17,372 nt of DNA, taken from the NCBI GenBank assembly GCA_050012475.1, contig JBEKHC010000100.1, positions 1 through 17,372 of the forward strand, written 5' to 3'. Source of the stretch: Candidatus Velthaea sp. Its GTDB lineage: Bacteria; Vulcanimicrobiota; Vulcanimicrobiia; Vulcanimicrobiales; Vulcanimicrobiaceae. Made by a program: the position numbers and the translations under genes. A model generated the notes under the pieces. It was not told where the DNA came from and ran no database searches. It was given only the letters and a program-made list of their open reading frames with translations. Below are positions 7,907-16,464 of this stretch, piece by piece (position 1 is the first letter of the stretch; the number at the start of each line of letters is the position of its first letter).

Positions 7907-9385
7907 CTACAACGCGATGACGGGCGAGGGCCGCGTGCCCAGCCAGGTCGCGAGGTCCGTCTTGAGCGCGACGTGCGTTCCGGCTTGCAGCTCTTCGCGA
8001 AACTCGCCGAACAGACCGAACGCTTCGGCAAACGCGTCGTGCTTGTGGATCGATTCGTAGTTGATTTGGCTCGACGAGATGAACGTTTCGTCGGGGAAAT
8101 CCGCGTACACGTCGAGCGCGCGCGCGAGGATCCCGCGCACGACGTCTTCGACGAACTTCGGATTGTGGTGCGCTTTGTTGACGATGTAGAACTCGTCGGG
8201 CCGCTTGAGCAGATCGTACGTCTCGCTCGACATCGAGTTCTCGACGATCTCGACGAGATCTTCGGCCCGCAGCTCGTGCTGCTTGTCGGCCGATGTGCCG
8301 ATAAGAATCGTGCCGCGCCCGCGCTGATTGTGCGTCGCGACCGGCAGCGCATCGACCGCGCGCACCGCGTCGGCGGCGCTGAAGCCGGCGTCGACCAATT
8401 CGCGAATCGAGTGCTCGCGCACCATGAGCTGCGCGCACGGACACGCCGTCATCCCTTCGGCTTCGACCCCGACCACGCGCCGCGTGCCCGTCGCGTCGGC
8501 ATGCGCGATGGCCACGAGCGTATAGGACTCCTGCGTCCGTTTTCCGCTCACCGGCGTCCAGCGCTCGAGCGCGAATTCCGCCCGCAGCCGCACGTCGGCG
8601 CGCAGCGCACCCTGCGAACCGACGATCTCGCGCGCGATCCGCTCGACGACGTCTTCCATGCGCGCGGGCTGGTCCTTGCGCGCGAGCACGTCGAGCGTGG
8701 CGGCTTCGAGCAGTTCGGAGAAACGCGACATGTGGACCCCGGCCTTGTCCGGGCGCAGATCGGCGACCATCGTGAAGTCGCCGTTGAAGAGCCGCTCGTG
8801 GCCGTCGATGTTGAGCCGGATGACGTGCTTGACCGACGATACACCGACCCGGTTGAGCGACAATCGCACGTCGGGCGCTTCTTCTTGCCGGTTGGCGAAA
8901 AAGTGCATCGCGCGCTGTTTCTTTTGGATCCCGGTAGCACCCAGCGCCGCGGCCAGCTCACCGACGGTCTGCCGGCGGCGTGGATCGAGGTGATCGGGCG
9001 CGATCTCGGCCAGCGGCACGAGATTGAACGGCCGTTCGCTGATATACGGATGCGGAACCTCGAAGCGGCCGAAATCTTGAATGAGGTCATCGAGATACAG
9101 GATGTCGATATCGATCGGCCGGGCGCCGATTTCGTGCAGCCGCTGACGTCCGATCGCCGTTTCGACCGACCGCAGCGCGAGCTCGAACGCTTCGGGTTCG
9201 AGCCCGGTACGTAAGGCCGCGGCGACGTTGAGGAACGTCGGACCGCGGACGCCCAACGGCGGCGTTTCGTAGTAGGACGAGACGGCATGGATCTCGGCGA
9301 ACGACCGCAATTTCTGCAGCGCCTGCAAAATCGTGCCTTGGCGATCGCCTAAATTCGAGCCGACGCCGATGAGAACCGTGTGCAT
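7907..9385 (-). CDS. Fusion: FolK (HPPK) + GTP cyclohydrolase of the FolE2/MptA family
   Basis: N-terminal ~150 aa has IGVGSNLG, SSYYETPP, FLN, RPIDIDIL, PHP and PLAEIAP (FolK). The C-terminal part has RVGV, GVHMSRF, GMTACPCAQ, THNQRG, LLKRPDE, NPKFVED and ESIHKHDA (FolE2/MptA). Confidence 0.93.
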   Translation of the reverse strand: MHTVLIGVGSNLGDRQGTILQALQKLRSFAEIHAVSSYYETPPLGVRGPTFLNVAAALRTGLEPEAFELALRSVETAIGRQRLHEIGARPIDIDILYLDDLIQDFGRFEVPHPYISERPFNLVPLAEIAPDHLDPRRRQTVGELAAALGATGIQKKQRAMHFFANRQEEAPDVRLSLNRVGVSSVKHVIRLNIDGHERLFNGDFTMVADLRPDKAGVHMSRFSELLEAATLDVLARKDQPARMEDVVERIAREIVGSQGALRADVRLRAEFALERWTPVSGKRTQESYTLVAIAHADATGTRRVVGVEAEGMTACPCAQLMVREHSIRELVDAGFSAADAVRAVDALPVATHNQRGRGTILIGTSADKQHELRAEDLVEIVENSMSSETYDLLKRPDEFYIVNKAHHNPKFVEDVVRGILARALDVYADFPDETFISSSQINYESIHKHDAFAEAFGLFGEFREELQAGTHVALKTDLATWLGTRPSPVIAL

Positions 9386-9394
9386 ATGCGCCCT

Positions 9395-10627
9395 TTAGAC
9401 CGCGCTGGGCTGCGCGGAGTTGCCCGTCGCGGGCGTCCCGGGCATTCGTTCGGCAAACGTCAAGGCCCGGCGGCGATCGGGCGCGACCGCGGCGTACATG
9501 CGCGCCAACTGCACGGTTGGGGCGACGTCGTGAACGCGCAGCATGCGCGCGCCGGCGGCGATCCCGAGGCCGGCCGTCGCCAACGACGGTATCAGCAGTT
9601 CGTTGGCCGGCCGATCGAAGAGCCGGCCGATGAAGCTTTTGCGCGAACTGGCGAACAGAATCGGATAGCCCAGGGCCTGCAGCTCGCCGAACCGGTCGAG
9701 GATTTCGAGATCGGTGTCGGGTTCTTTACCAAACTCCAAACCCGGGTCGATCGCGATGGCGTCCGCCGCGACCCCCGCCGCGCGCGCCCATTCGGTGCGT
9801 TCGTAAAGAAATTCGACGATCTCGGCGAGTGCATCGGTATAGACGTAGCTCGCCGCGGAGCGAACGTTGAGCTCGCCTTTGAGGTGCATGACGACCAGAG
9901 CGGCATCGTAGCGCGCCACGGTCTCGGCCAGCTGCGGGTCCGACAATCCGCTGCAGTCGTTGATCAGGTGGGCTCCGGCCGCCAGCGCGGCTTCGGCCAC
10001 GCCGGCTTTGAAGGTGTCGATCGAGAGCGCCGCATCGATCCCCGCCGCGACGATCGCTTCGACCGCAGGTACCACCCGGCGGCACTCTTCATCGGCGGCG
10101 ACGCGGGGGTTCCAGTGCGCGTACGATTGACCGCCGATATCGACGAGTGCGGCGCCCTCGGCCACCATCGCGGCGGCCCGCGCGGCCGCTTGGGCCGGGC
10201 CGGCGACCCGGTCGTAGAACGAGTCGGGGGTCACGTTGAGGATCCCCATGACCCGCGCTTCATCGCCGACGTCCAGCACGCGGTCGCGCATGCGGAAGAC
10301 CGCCGGCGGCGTGCGAGCGTTCCTTAACGTACGGGCAAGGACGCCGGCATCCGCTTCAAACTGCGGGCAAACGGCCGCGAGCGCGACAAGCTGCGCCTCC
10401 GTCGCCACCGTCGCCACCAACGTCGCACTTGCCGCGGCAACCGCCCCCGCCGCTAACAGCGCCGCGACCAGCCCGGCGGCGCGATCCGCGGTTTCGACCT
10501 CCAGGGCCAGGCAATGCGCATCGCGCGCCGCCAGCAGCTCGGCAGCCACGGCCGGCGGGAAGCGTTCGGCCAGCCGCACTTCGATCCCGCGCTTGCCGGT
10601 GGCAGTAAGGACTCGAGCGATCGGCAT
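9395..10627 (-). CDS. folP: Dihydropteroate synthase-family protein with ~110-aa N-terminal extension
   Basis: MGILNVTPDSF, DIGG, SIDTFK, INDCSG, VMH, DPG..FGK, SRKSFIG and RVHDV. Confidence 0.9.
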   Translation of the reverse strand: MPIARVLTATGKRGIEVRLAERFPPAVAAELLAARDAHCLALEVETADRAAGLVAALLAAGAVAAASATLVATVATEAQLVALAAVCPQFEADAGVLARTLRNARTPPAVFRMRDRVLDVGDEARVMGILNVTPDSFYDRVAGPAQAAARAAAMVAEGAALVDIGGQSYAHWNPRVAADEECRRVVPAVEAIVAAGIDAALSIDTFKAGVAEAALAAGAHLINDCSGLSDPQLAETVARYDAALVVMHLKGELNVRSAASYVYTDALAEIVEFLYERTEWARAAGVAADAIAIDPGLEFGKEPDTDLEILDRFGELQALGYPILFASSRKSFIGRLFDRPANELLIPSLATAGLGIAAGARMLRVHDVAPTVQLARMYAAVAPDRRRALTFAERMPGTPATGNSAQPSAV

Positions 10628-10732
10628 GGACGTTGGCTTACCTTTCTAGCGCATGATTAGACGGTTTGACGGTCGGCGCGGCGCTTTCGGCTCCGTTCGC
10701 CGCCCGTCGGCGATCCTGGGCTGTAGCGCCTG

Positions 10733-11755
10733 GTGTTCTTCGCCGATAAGGGGGAGGTGACTACTCACGCGCGTTTTGTCGGCTCCGGCGTCCAGCCGCT
10801 GGTCGACGCGGTCAAAGCTGCCGGGGCCGATCCCGGCGATCTGCGCGCCGTCGTCTGGCAGGCAACCTGGGCGCGCGGCTACGAAGACGTCGTGGCGCCG
10901 GCACCGGCCGTCCGTCTGAAAGAGGAAGGGTTCGTCGTGTTCGCCCGTTCGATTGCGGCGCGGCGTTACGCAACCATCATCGATACCGGCCACGCGCTCT
11001 GGGCGCTCATCGCGCGCGGCATCATGCCGCCGCTGGGATCCCGCGTGCGCATCGTCCCGGCCATCGTCCAGCACGAGATCGAATGGGATGTGACGGTGCT
11101 CGAAACGCTGGGCCTGGGCCTGACGATTCGCTTCGGCGCCAAAGCCGGCGAAACGGGCGACTGGATCGACAAGCTGCGCGACGCGCTGGCCCGCATCGCC
11201 GAAGCCGAAATCGAACGCCGCAGGGCCATCGTCGTCGAACGCCGCGCGCTCGTGACGATCGAACCGGTCAAGCCGTTCCGCGACGAACTCGACGCCCTGC
11301 AAGAAGAGTTGCGACACCGGGTCGACGCCGAAACCGCCGGCACGCCCGAGGAACGCGCAGCATACGAGCGTGGCAACGAAAAGCAGCGCAAAGCGATCGT
11401 CGACGAATGCAAGGCTCGCCGCCTGCGGCGTTTCAACGAGGAATTAGCAAAGCTGCGCGAACGCATCCCCGAACTCGCGGCGGCGCACGAAAAGCGGTTG
11501 GCGGCAAATAACGCCAGCCGAGCCGCCGTGGCCGAACTCGAAGATGCGGCGTCGCGCAGCCGCGGGGTAAGTGAACGCGTCGCCACCGTCGAGCACCAGC
11601 TCACCGCGATCGACGCCGCCGGACTGCTCGTCAGCGCCGACCACGATATGCTCGACGCGCTGGGCGCCGCGGACTTCAACGAACTCGCTCGCACCGTCGA
11701 ACTGATCTACGACCTGATCCCGCGGCGCGCCCAAAAACGCTCGACCCTCGGTTAA
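10733..11755 (+). CDS. Hypothetical protein with helical/coiled-coil C-terminal half
   Basis: 340-aa ORF with genome-like GC-rich third positions, filling the gap between folP and the metalloprotease. The C-terminal half is E/R/A/L-rich. No family recognised; start uncertain. Confidence 0.75.
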   Translation: MFFADKGEVTTHARFVGSGVQPLVDAVKAAGADPGDLRAVVWQATWARGYEDVVAPAPAVRLKEEGFVVFARSIAARRYATIIDTGHALWALIARGIMPPLGSRVRIVPAIVQHEIEWDVTVLETLGLGLTIRFGAKAGETGDWIDKLRDALARIAEAEIERRRAIVVERRALVTIEPVKPFRDELDALQEELRHRVDAETAGTPEERAAYERGNEKQRKAIVDECKARRLRRFNEELAKLRERIPELAAAHEKRLAANNASRAAVAELEDAASRSRGVSERVATVEHQLTAIDAAGLLVSADHDMLDALGAADFNELARTVELIYDLIPRRAQKRSTLG

Positions 11756-11855
11756 GGGTGCTCTGATTTAGCCCTGAACGTCGTCGCTACGCGGCTCATT
11801 TGCCTAAGCAAACTTCGCCGCTATGCCGTTCGCCAGGACGAAATCAGAACACCCC
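11755..11855. mobile_element. 101-bp MITE-like element with 15-bp terminal inverted repeats and TTA direct flanks
   Basis: Left end AGGGTGCTCTGATTT (11755-11769); right end reverse complement GGGGTGTTCTGATTT (11841-11855); 13/15 match. TTA at both 11752-11754 and 11856-11858. Confidence 0.7.
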
Positions 11856-14609
11856 TTAGAGCGGTCGCGCGGTGAGCGGGTTGAGCGCACCGCGGATGCG
11901 CGAACGCAAATCGGCGAGGTGCGCCTGCGTCCCGGGATCGCGCGCGGCGGCCTGCGCGGCATCGAGCCGGCCCACGAGCGTGACGAGCGACTGACGCGAG
12001 AGCGCTTGCGTCTCACGCGGTAAGCCCAGCGTATCGAGCACGAAGCTGGGCAGCAGCGCGATCTCCATCTCGAGATCGGCGAACCGGCGCTGCAATTCGC
12101 GGTGTGTCGGAGCAATCGTCGGCGAACCCAGATCGTCGAAAATCGCGCCGTTGGTCCAAGCGAACAGATCGTGCAGCGTCATCGTGTCGCCGGGGTGCGC
12201 GACTTTGAGCGACTGATCGGCGATGCGCGACAGATTCGGCGCGGCGAACATCGTCGAAAGCGCGTCGTCTTGGATCTCCGCCACCACTTCGCGCAGCGGA
12301 AAGTCGGGCCGGCGCAAATCGCCCGAATCCCAGTGAAAGCCGAAGCGCGTCGTCGTGAGCTCGTTGAGCAAATCCGGCGAATAGTTGAAGGCGTGCGCCG
12401 AGAACACGTAACGATCGATGAGCTCGAAGGCCCGATGTTGTTCGGTCCGGCTGATCGAACGAAACGGCGGTCCCGCACCGGGCTGGCCGCGGTGCGCGCG
12501 CGACGTGTAAATGCCGCCGATGTAGTGCGCGGCGAGATCGATCGCCGACAGTTCGTTGTTGAGAATCGTGACGAGCGATGCCCGAATTTCCTGATACGAG
12601 CGCGTGTCGCCCGCATACGGGCGGTCCAGCGTCGCGGCAATCGACTCATTGAGGGCCAGCGTGTCGCGGTCGTAGGTCAACGGATCGTTCGACAGATCGA
12701 AGCGCGCGATGTGCGGATCGATCGCGACGGGCTCGGCCGCATCTTCATCGGTTCCGTAGGCCAGCCCCGGCTGCGTCGAGTGCTCGGCGATCGCGCGCAG
12801 ATACGGCAGTTCTTCGGCCGACGAATGGACGTTGGCGAAGCGCTGATAGCCGTAGGCGATCGCCCAGTAATCGTACGGTCCCAGCTTGGTGGGGAAATAG
12901 TCGGCCTGACGTTTCCCGGGCCCGGCTAAATTGACCGGCGTGTAATCCATCACCGAAGCGGTCGTCCCGTGCGCGCGCGTAAATTGCGGATCGTGCAGCT
13001 GGGCTTGCGAGTATGCCGTCGAGCCCTCGAAGTTGTGGCGCAGGCCCAGCGTGTGACCGGTTTCGTGCATGACCGTGGCGTAGAGCCAGCTCATGGTGTA
13101 GCGCTCGCGATCGGTCGCCGTTCCGTGTCCGTGCATTGCGAGCAGCATCGTGCCCAACGCCGCTTGCGACGCCGACGCGCTCGCGTAGTCGCAGACTTCC
13201 TCGCTCTGCGGTTGTGACGGCGCCGCGAACGCATCGTCGATCCGGCGCAGCGGCGCGATCGTATCGACGTAGCCGCGTTTGATGGCGCGCAGCGATTCGC
13301 CGTCGATGACGACCTCGGCACGAATGATCTGACCCGTGCGCGGATCGGCCACCGATGGCGAATAGGCGGAGAAATCGGGCCGATCCGAAGTGATCCAACG
13401 GACGGTCGAGTAGCGCGCGTCGTCGGGATCCCAGGCCGGATCGGCCGGTTGATCGCGCACGGTGATGACGTCGTGCCGGCCGATGCGCGCGAACGCGTCG
13501 TTCCAGGCCAGCAGTCCGCGCCGGACCGTTTCGCGATACTCTTGCGGGATCTCGTTCGTCAAGTAAAACGTGATCGGCCCGCGATCCAAATTCCAGCGCT
13601 CGATGAAACGCTCGAACGGCGTTGCCAGCGAATCGTCGTCGTAGCGTTTGCGCGCCGTAATGAAATACCCGACGCGATCGTCGGCGTAGCGGGCAACGAA
13701 ACTCGGATCGGGCTCCGGCGGCGTGATGATGCTGTAGTGCACGACGAGCGGGATGCCGCGCCCGTCGGGCACGGTCGGCAGCGCGGTTTGCGGGCCGCTG
13801 AAGGTGAGATTGACCGAGATCTCATCGTTGCGCGGAAAGCCTTTGGTGGGCCCGTAGTACGATTTCGTCGGGTCGACGGCATACGATGGACGCGCGACCC
13901 CGAGGAGCAAACCGGTCCCTGCCGGCTGCGCGCCCGCGCGGCCCAGATCGGCCCCGATCCCCTCGAAGTCCGTCAAGAACAGCGACGGCGCGATGATGAC
14001 GTGGTTTTTCGCCGTATCCTCAGCCACGATCGGCGTGCTGAGCAGCACCGAGTCCGCCACGCTGACGGCAAGCGAATTTGCCTGCGCGCTGCCGGCGCGC
14101 GCGACGTAACGCGTGTTGGGACTGATCCAAAGCACTCGTTTTCCGACCCGCTTGAACGTGACGAGAAACGGTTCGTAGACGCGGCCCGCGAAAGCGCCGC
14201 TGCCGACGCCGCTGGCCAGCGACGGCGAAACGATGAACGTTCGTCCGAAACTCTGCGGCCCGAGGTCGAAATACAGTTCATCGTCCTTGCGGACCAGGTC
14301 GATGACACCCGGCAGTTGTTCCGCACCGCGCAAAAACGTGGTGTAGCCCTGGGCCGGCGCCGCTGCCGGAGCGCCGATCGAGAGGGGGACGGTCACGCTG
14401 CCCGGCGCCGCGGGCGCCACGGCCCCCGGCGAAGCGACCGGTTCGGGCAACGGCGACGTCTTGGGCAACGGCGAGGCCGTCGGCCGCGGGGATGCGATCG
14501 GCGCGTCGACGGGCGCGGGGTCGGGCGCGATCGTCGTTTGGGCTCCGGCCCGCGCAATTCCGAGCGCAGCGAAGGCGAGCGCGCAGAGCAGCGGACGAAA
14601 AAGGGCCAT
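11856..14609 (-). CDS. Secreted zinc-dependent metalloprotease (DUF5117/DUF4953, EcxA-like metzincin)
   Basis: Signal peptide MALFRPLLCALAFAALG, Pro-rich linker, RYADDRVGYF, WNDAF, DPRTGQII, zinc motif HETGHTLGLRHNF, Met-turn SVMDY and GPYDYWAIAYGY. Start placed at ATG 14609. Confidence 0.93.
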   Translation of the reverse strand: MALFRPLLCALAFAALGIARAGAQTTIAPDPAPVDAPIASPRPTASPLPKTSPLPEPVASPGAVAPAAPGSVTVPLSIGAPAAAPAQGYTTFLRGAEQLPGVIDLVRKDDELYFDLGPQSFGRTFIVSPSLASGVGSGAFAGRVYEPFLVTFKRVGKRVLWISPNTRYVARAGSAQANSLAVSVADSVLLSTPIVAEDTAKNHVIIAPSLFLTDFEGIGADLGRAGAQPAGTGLLLGVARPSYAVDPTKSYYGPTKGFPRNDEISVNLTFSGPQTALPTVPDGRGIPLVVHYSIITPPEPDPSFVARYADDRVGYFITARKRYDDDSLATPFERFIERWNLDRGPITFYLTNEIPQEYRETVRRGLLAWNDAFARIGRHDVITVRDQPADPAWDPDDARYSTVRWITSDRPDFSAYSPSVADPRTGQIIRAEVVIDGESLRAIKRGYVDTIAPLRRIDDAFAAPSQPQSEEVCDYASASASQAALGTMLLAMHGHGTATDRERYTMSWLYATVMHETGHTLGLRHNFEGSTAYSQAQLHDPQFTRAHGTTASVMDYTPVNLAGPGKRQADYFPTKLGPYDYWAIAYGYQRFANVHSSAEELPYLRAIAEHSTQPGLAYGTDEDAAEPVAIDPHIARFDLSNDPLTYDRDTLALNESIAATLDRPYAGDTRSYQEIRASLVTILNNELSAIDLAAHYIGGIYTSRAHRGQPGAGPPFRSISRTEQHRAFELIDRYVFSAHAFNYSPDLLNELTTTRFGFHWDSGDLRRPDFPLREVVAEIQDDALSTMFAAPNLSRIADQSLKVAHPGDTMTLHDLFAWTNGAIFDDLGSPTIAPTHRELQRRFADLEMEIALLPSFVLDTLGLPRETQALSRQSLVTLVGRLDAAQAAARDPGTQAHLADLRSRIRGALNPLTARPL

Positions 14610-14648
14610 GCGAACCGACTTCCATAGCAGCGTTCCGGGTGCCCGCCG

Positions 14649-14675
14649 TGGAATACTAGACCTTAGTGGATACAA
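14649..14675 (+). promoter_or_regulatory. Candidate GntR operator pair
   Basis: TGGAATACTA (14649-14658) and GTGGATACAA (14666-14675) resemble TTGTATACAA-type GntR/FadR boxes and sit at the regulator's own start. Confidence 0.35.
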
Positions 14676-15379
14676 TGCGACGCGGCCGGCTTGCCGAGTA
14701 CGCGTACGAATACACCAAGCGGATGCTCTTCGACGGCACGCTGGCTCCGGGAGCAAAATTGCGTGTCGAAGATGTCGTTGCATCCTTGCATACGAGCCGC
14801 CAGCCGGTCATGGACGCTTTCAAGCGCCTCGCCGCCGAAGGCTTTTTGGAAATCACGCCTCAGGTCGGCTGCCGGGTCGTCGTGCCGGACGCCGCCGAGA
14901 TCGCCGATTTCTTTCACATCCTGGGCGCGGTCCAAGGACTTGCCTGCGATATGGGCGCCGAACGCCGGACGCCGGACGACATCGCCCGGCTCAATACGCA
15001 GGCCGCCGAGATCGACAGCCTGCTCGAGGAGCCGCCGGAGCGGCTCGACGTTCTCGCTTTCCGCCGGCTCGATCACGATTTTCAGAAGCAGCTCAACGTG
15101 ATGGCGCACTCGGACACGGTCGCGCACGTGGCATCCGGCCTGCTCGACCGGCGCGACTTCTACCTCACCTGTATCGCCAACACCGAGCGCATGCCGACCG
15201 AGCGTCTGCGCGAAATCCAGGGCGAGCATCGAGCGGTCGCGGCCGCGATCGCCGAAGGCAACGCCGAGGTCGCGCGGGCACGCGCCGAGGCGCTGGTGCT
15301 CTCGCTCGGGCGCATCGCGGTCGGAACGCGAACGTCCGCGGCAACCCCCGTAGCCGTCGGCTCGCTTACGCCCGTTTAA
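14666..15379 (+). CDS. GntR family (FadR/FCD-type) transcriptional regulator
   Basis: Winged HTH: GTLAPGAKL...SRQPVMDAFKRLAAEGFLEITPQVGCRV. FCD-like tail with EHRAVAAAIAEGN. The start could be ATG 14675. Confidence 0.92.
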   Translation: MDTMRRGRLAEYAYEYTKRMLFDGTLAPGAKLRVEDVVASLHTSRQPVMDAFKRLAAEGFLEITPQVGCRVVVPDAAEIADFFHILGAVQGLACDMGAERRTPDDIARLNTQAAEIDSLLEEPPERLDVLAFRRLDHDFQKQLNVMAHSDTVAHVASGLLDRRDFYLTCIANTERMPTERLREIQGEHRAVAAAIAEGNAEVARARAEALVLSLGRIAVGTRTSAATPVAVGSLTPV

Positions 15380-16305
15380 ACGAGCGTTAGCCACGGGACC
15401 GGCGGGGGCGCTTCGCCGCGCACGATCGACGCATAGGTCGTGCGCAAGCGCTGGGTAATCGGTCCTTCCGTCATCGGACGGGATTCAAAGCGCGAGATCG
15501 GCACGACTTCGGCTGCCGTTCCGGTGAAGAATGCCTCGTCGGCTGAGGCGAGATCGTCGACGGTCAGCGGCCGGATCGTCACGCTCAGCCCGGCTTGACG
15601 CGCGAGGGTCAAGACCGAGTCACGCGTGATCCCGGGCAAAATGTCGGCACTGCGATCGTTCGTGTACAGCGCGCCGTCGCGGACGATGAAGATGTTTTCG
15701 CCGCTGCCTTCGGCAACTTCGCCGCGGTCGTTGAGCAGCACCGCTTCATCGAAGCCGCGCCGGTTGACCTCGTGCAGCGCACGGATCGAATTGGTGTAGT
15801 GGCCGCCCGCTTTAACGTGCGACGGCAACGCCGCCGACGGCGACTTCATCACGCTGGACAGTCCGGCCGAGTATTGGACCTGACCGGGCCGCAACCCGGC
15901 GAACGGCAGGACGACGATTAGCACGTTCGTTTCGCAGATCGTTTCGGGGGCCAGCCGGACCGTGGCCCCGGCGTAGTACACCAGCGGGCGAACGTAGGCG
16001 CTGTCGCGCCCGCTCGCGGCAACGGTCGCACGGATCGTTTCGAACATCGCGTCGGCTTCGAAGGGTAACGTCATGCCGTAGGTTGCGGCACCCTCGTAGA
16101 GCCGGTCGACGTGCTCGCGCAGCCGGAAAATTGCCGCGCCCGCGGGTGTCGGGTAGACCCGAATGCCCTCGAAAACCGACGAGCCGTAGTGCAGCGCATG
16201 CGTGAGCGCGTGGAGCCCGAGCGTCGCGTCCGCCAGCACCTGGCCCTCGGACCAGACCGTCATGCCGTCAGCGATTTGGGTTGGAGCAGTGGGGCTGCGC
16301 ATCAT
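15376..16305 (-). CDS. ilvE: Branched-chain amino acid aminotransferase (class IV PLP)
   Basis: LHYGSSVFEGIR, IFRLREH, YVRP, PLP lysine in KAGGHY, EGSGENIF, LPGITR and FTGTAAEV. Its stop overlaps the GntR stop (TTAA). Confidence 0.92.
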   Translation of the reverse strand: MMRSPTAPTQIADGMTVWSEGQVLADATLGLHALTHALHYGSSVFEGIRVYPTPAGAAIFRLREHVDRLYEGAATYGMTLPFEADAMFETIRATVAASGRDSAYVRPLVYYAGATVRLAPETICETNVLIVVLPFAGLRPGQVQYSAGLSSVMKSPSAALPSHVKAGGHYTNSIRALHEVNRRGFDEAVLLNDRGEVAEGSGENIFIVRDGALYTNDRSADILPGITRDSVLTLARQAGLSVTIRPLTVDDLASADEAFFTGTAAEVVPISRFESRPMTEGPITQRLRTTYASIVRGEAPPPVPWLTLV

Positions 16306-16464
16306 TCGACCCTAGCACGCGCAAAGGGCGCCGTCAAATGAGAGAATCGTGTGAAAACGCCCGTGGACGATGGACGCTCCTGGGCGGCGATGAAGGCGGC
16401 TCCCATCGTCGTCTCAGATGCTTCCGGTATAAGCATGGCGATGCCATCGGGGAGATTTTCGCGC

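Noticed and set aside
4817..15394. Many long overlapping or antisense ORFs (e.g. 6498..8060, 7973..9214, 13449..14627) and the long 5' extensions of the track ORFs
   Set aside because: These are shadow ORFs expected in high-GC DNA opposite well-supported genes. They are Arg/Ala-rich and have no motifs.
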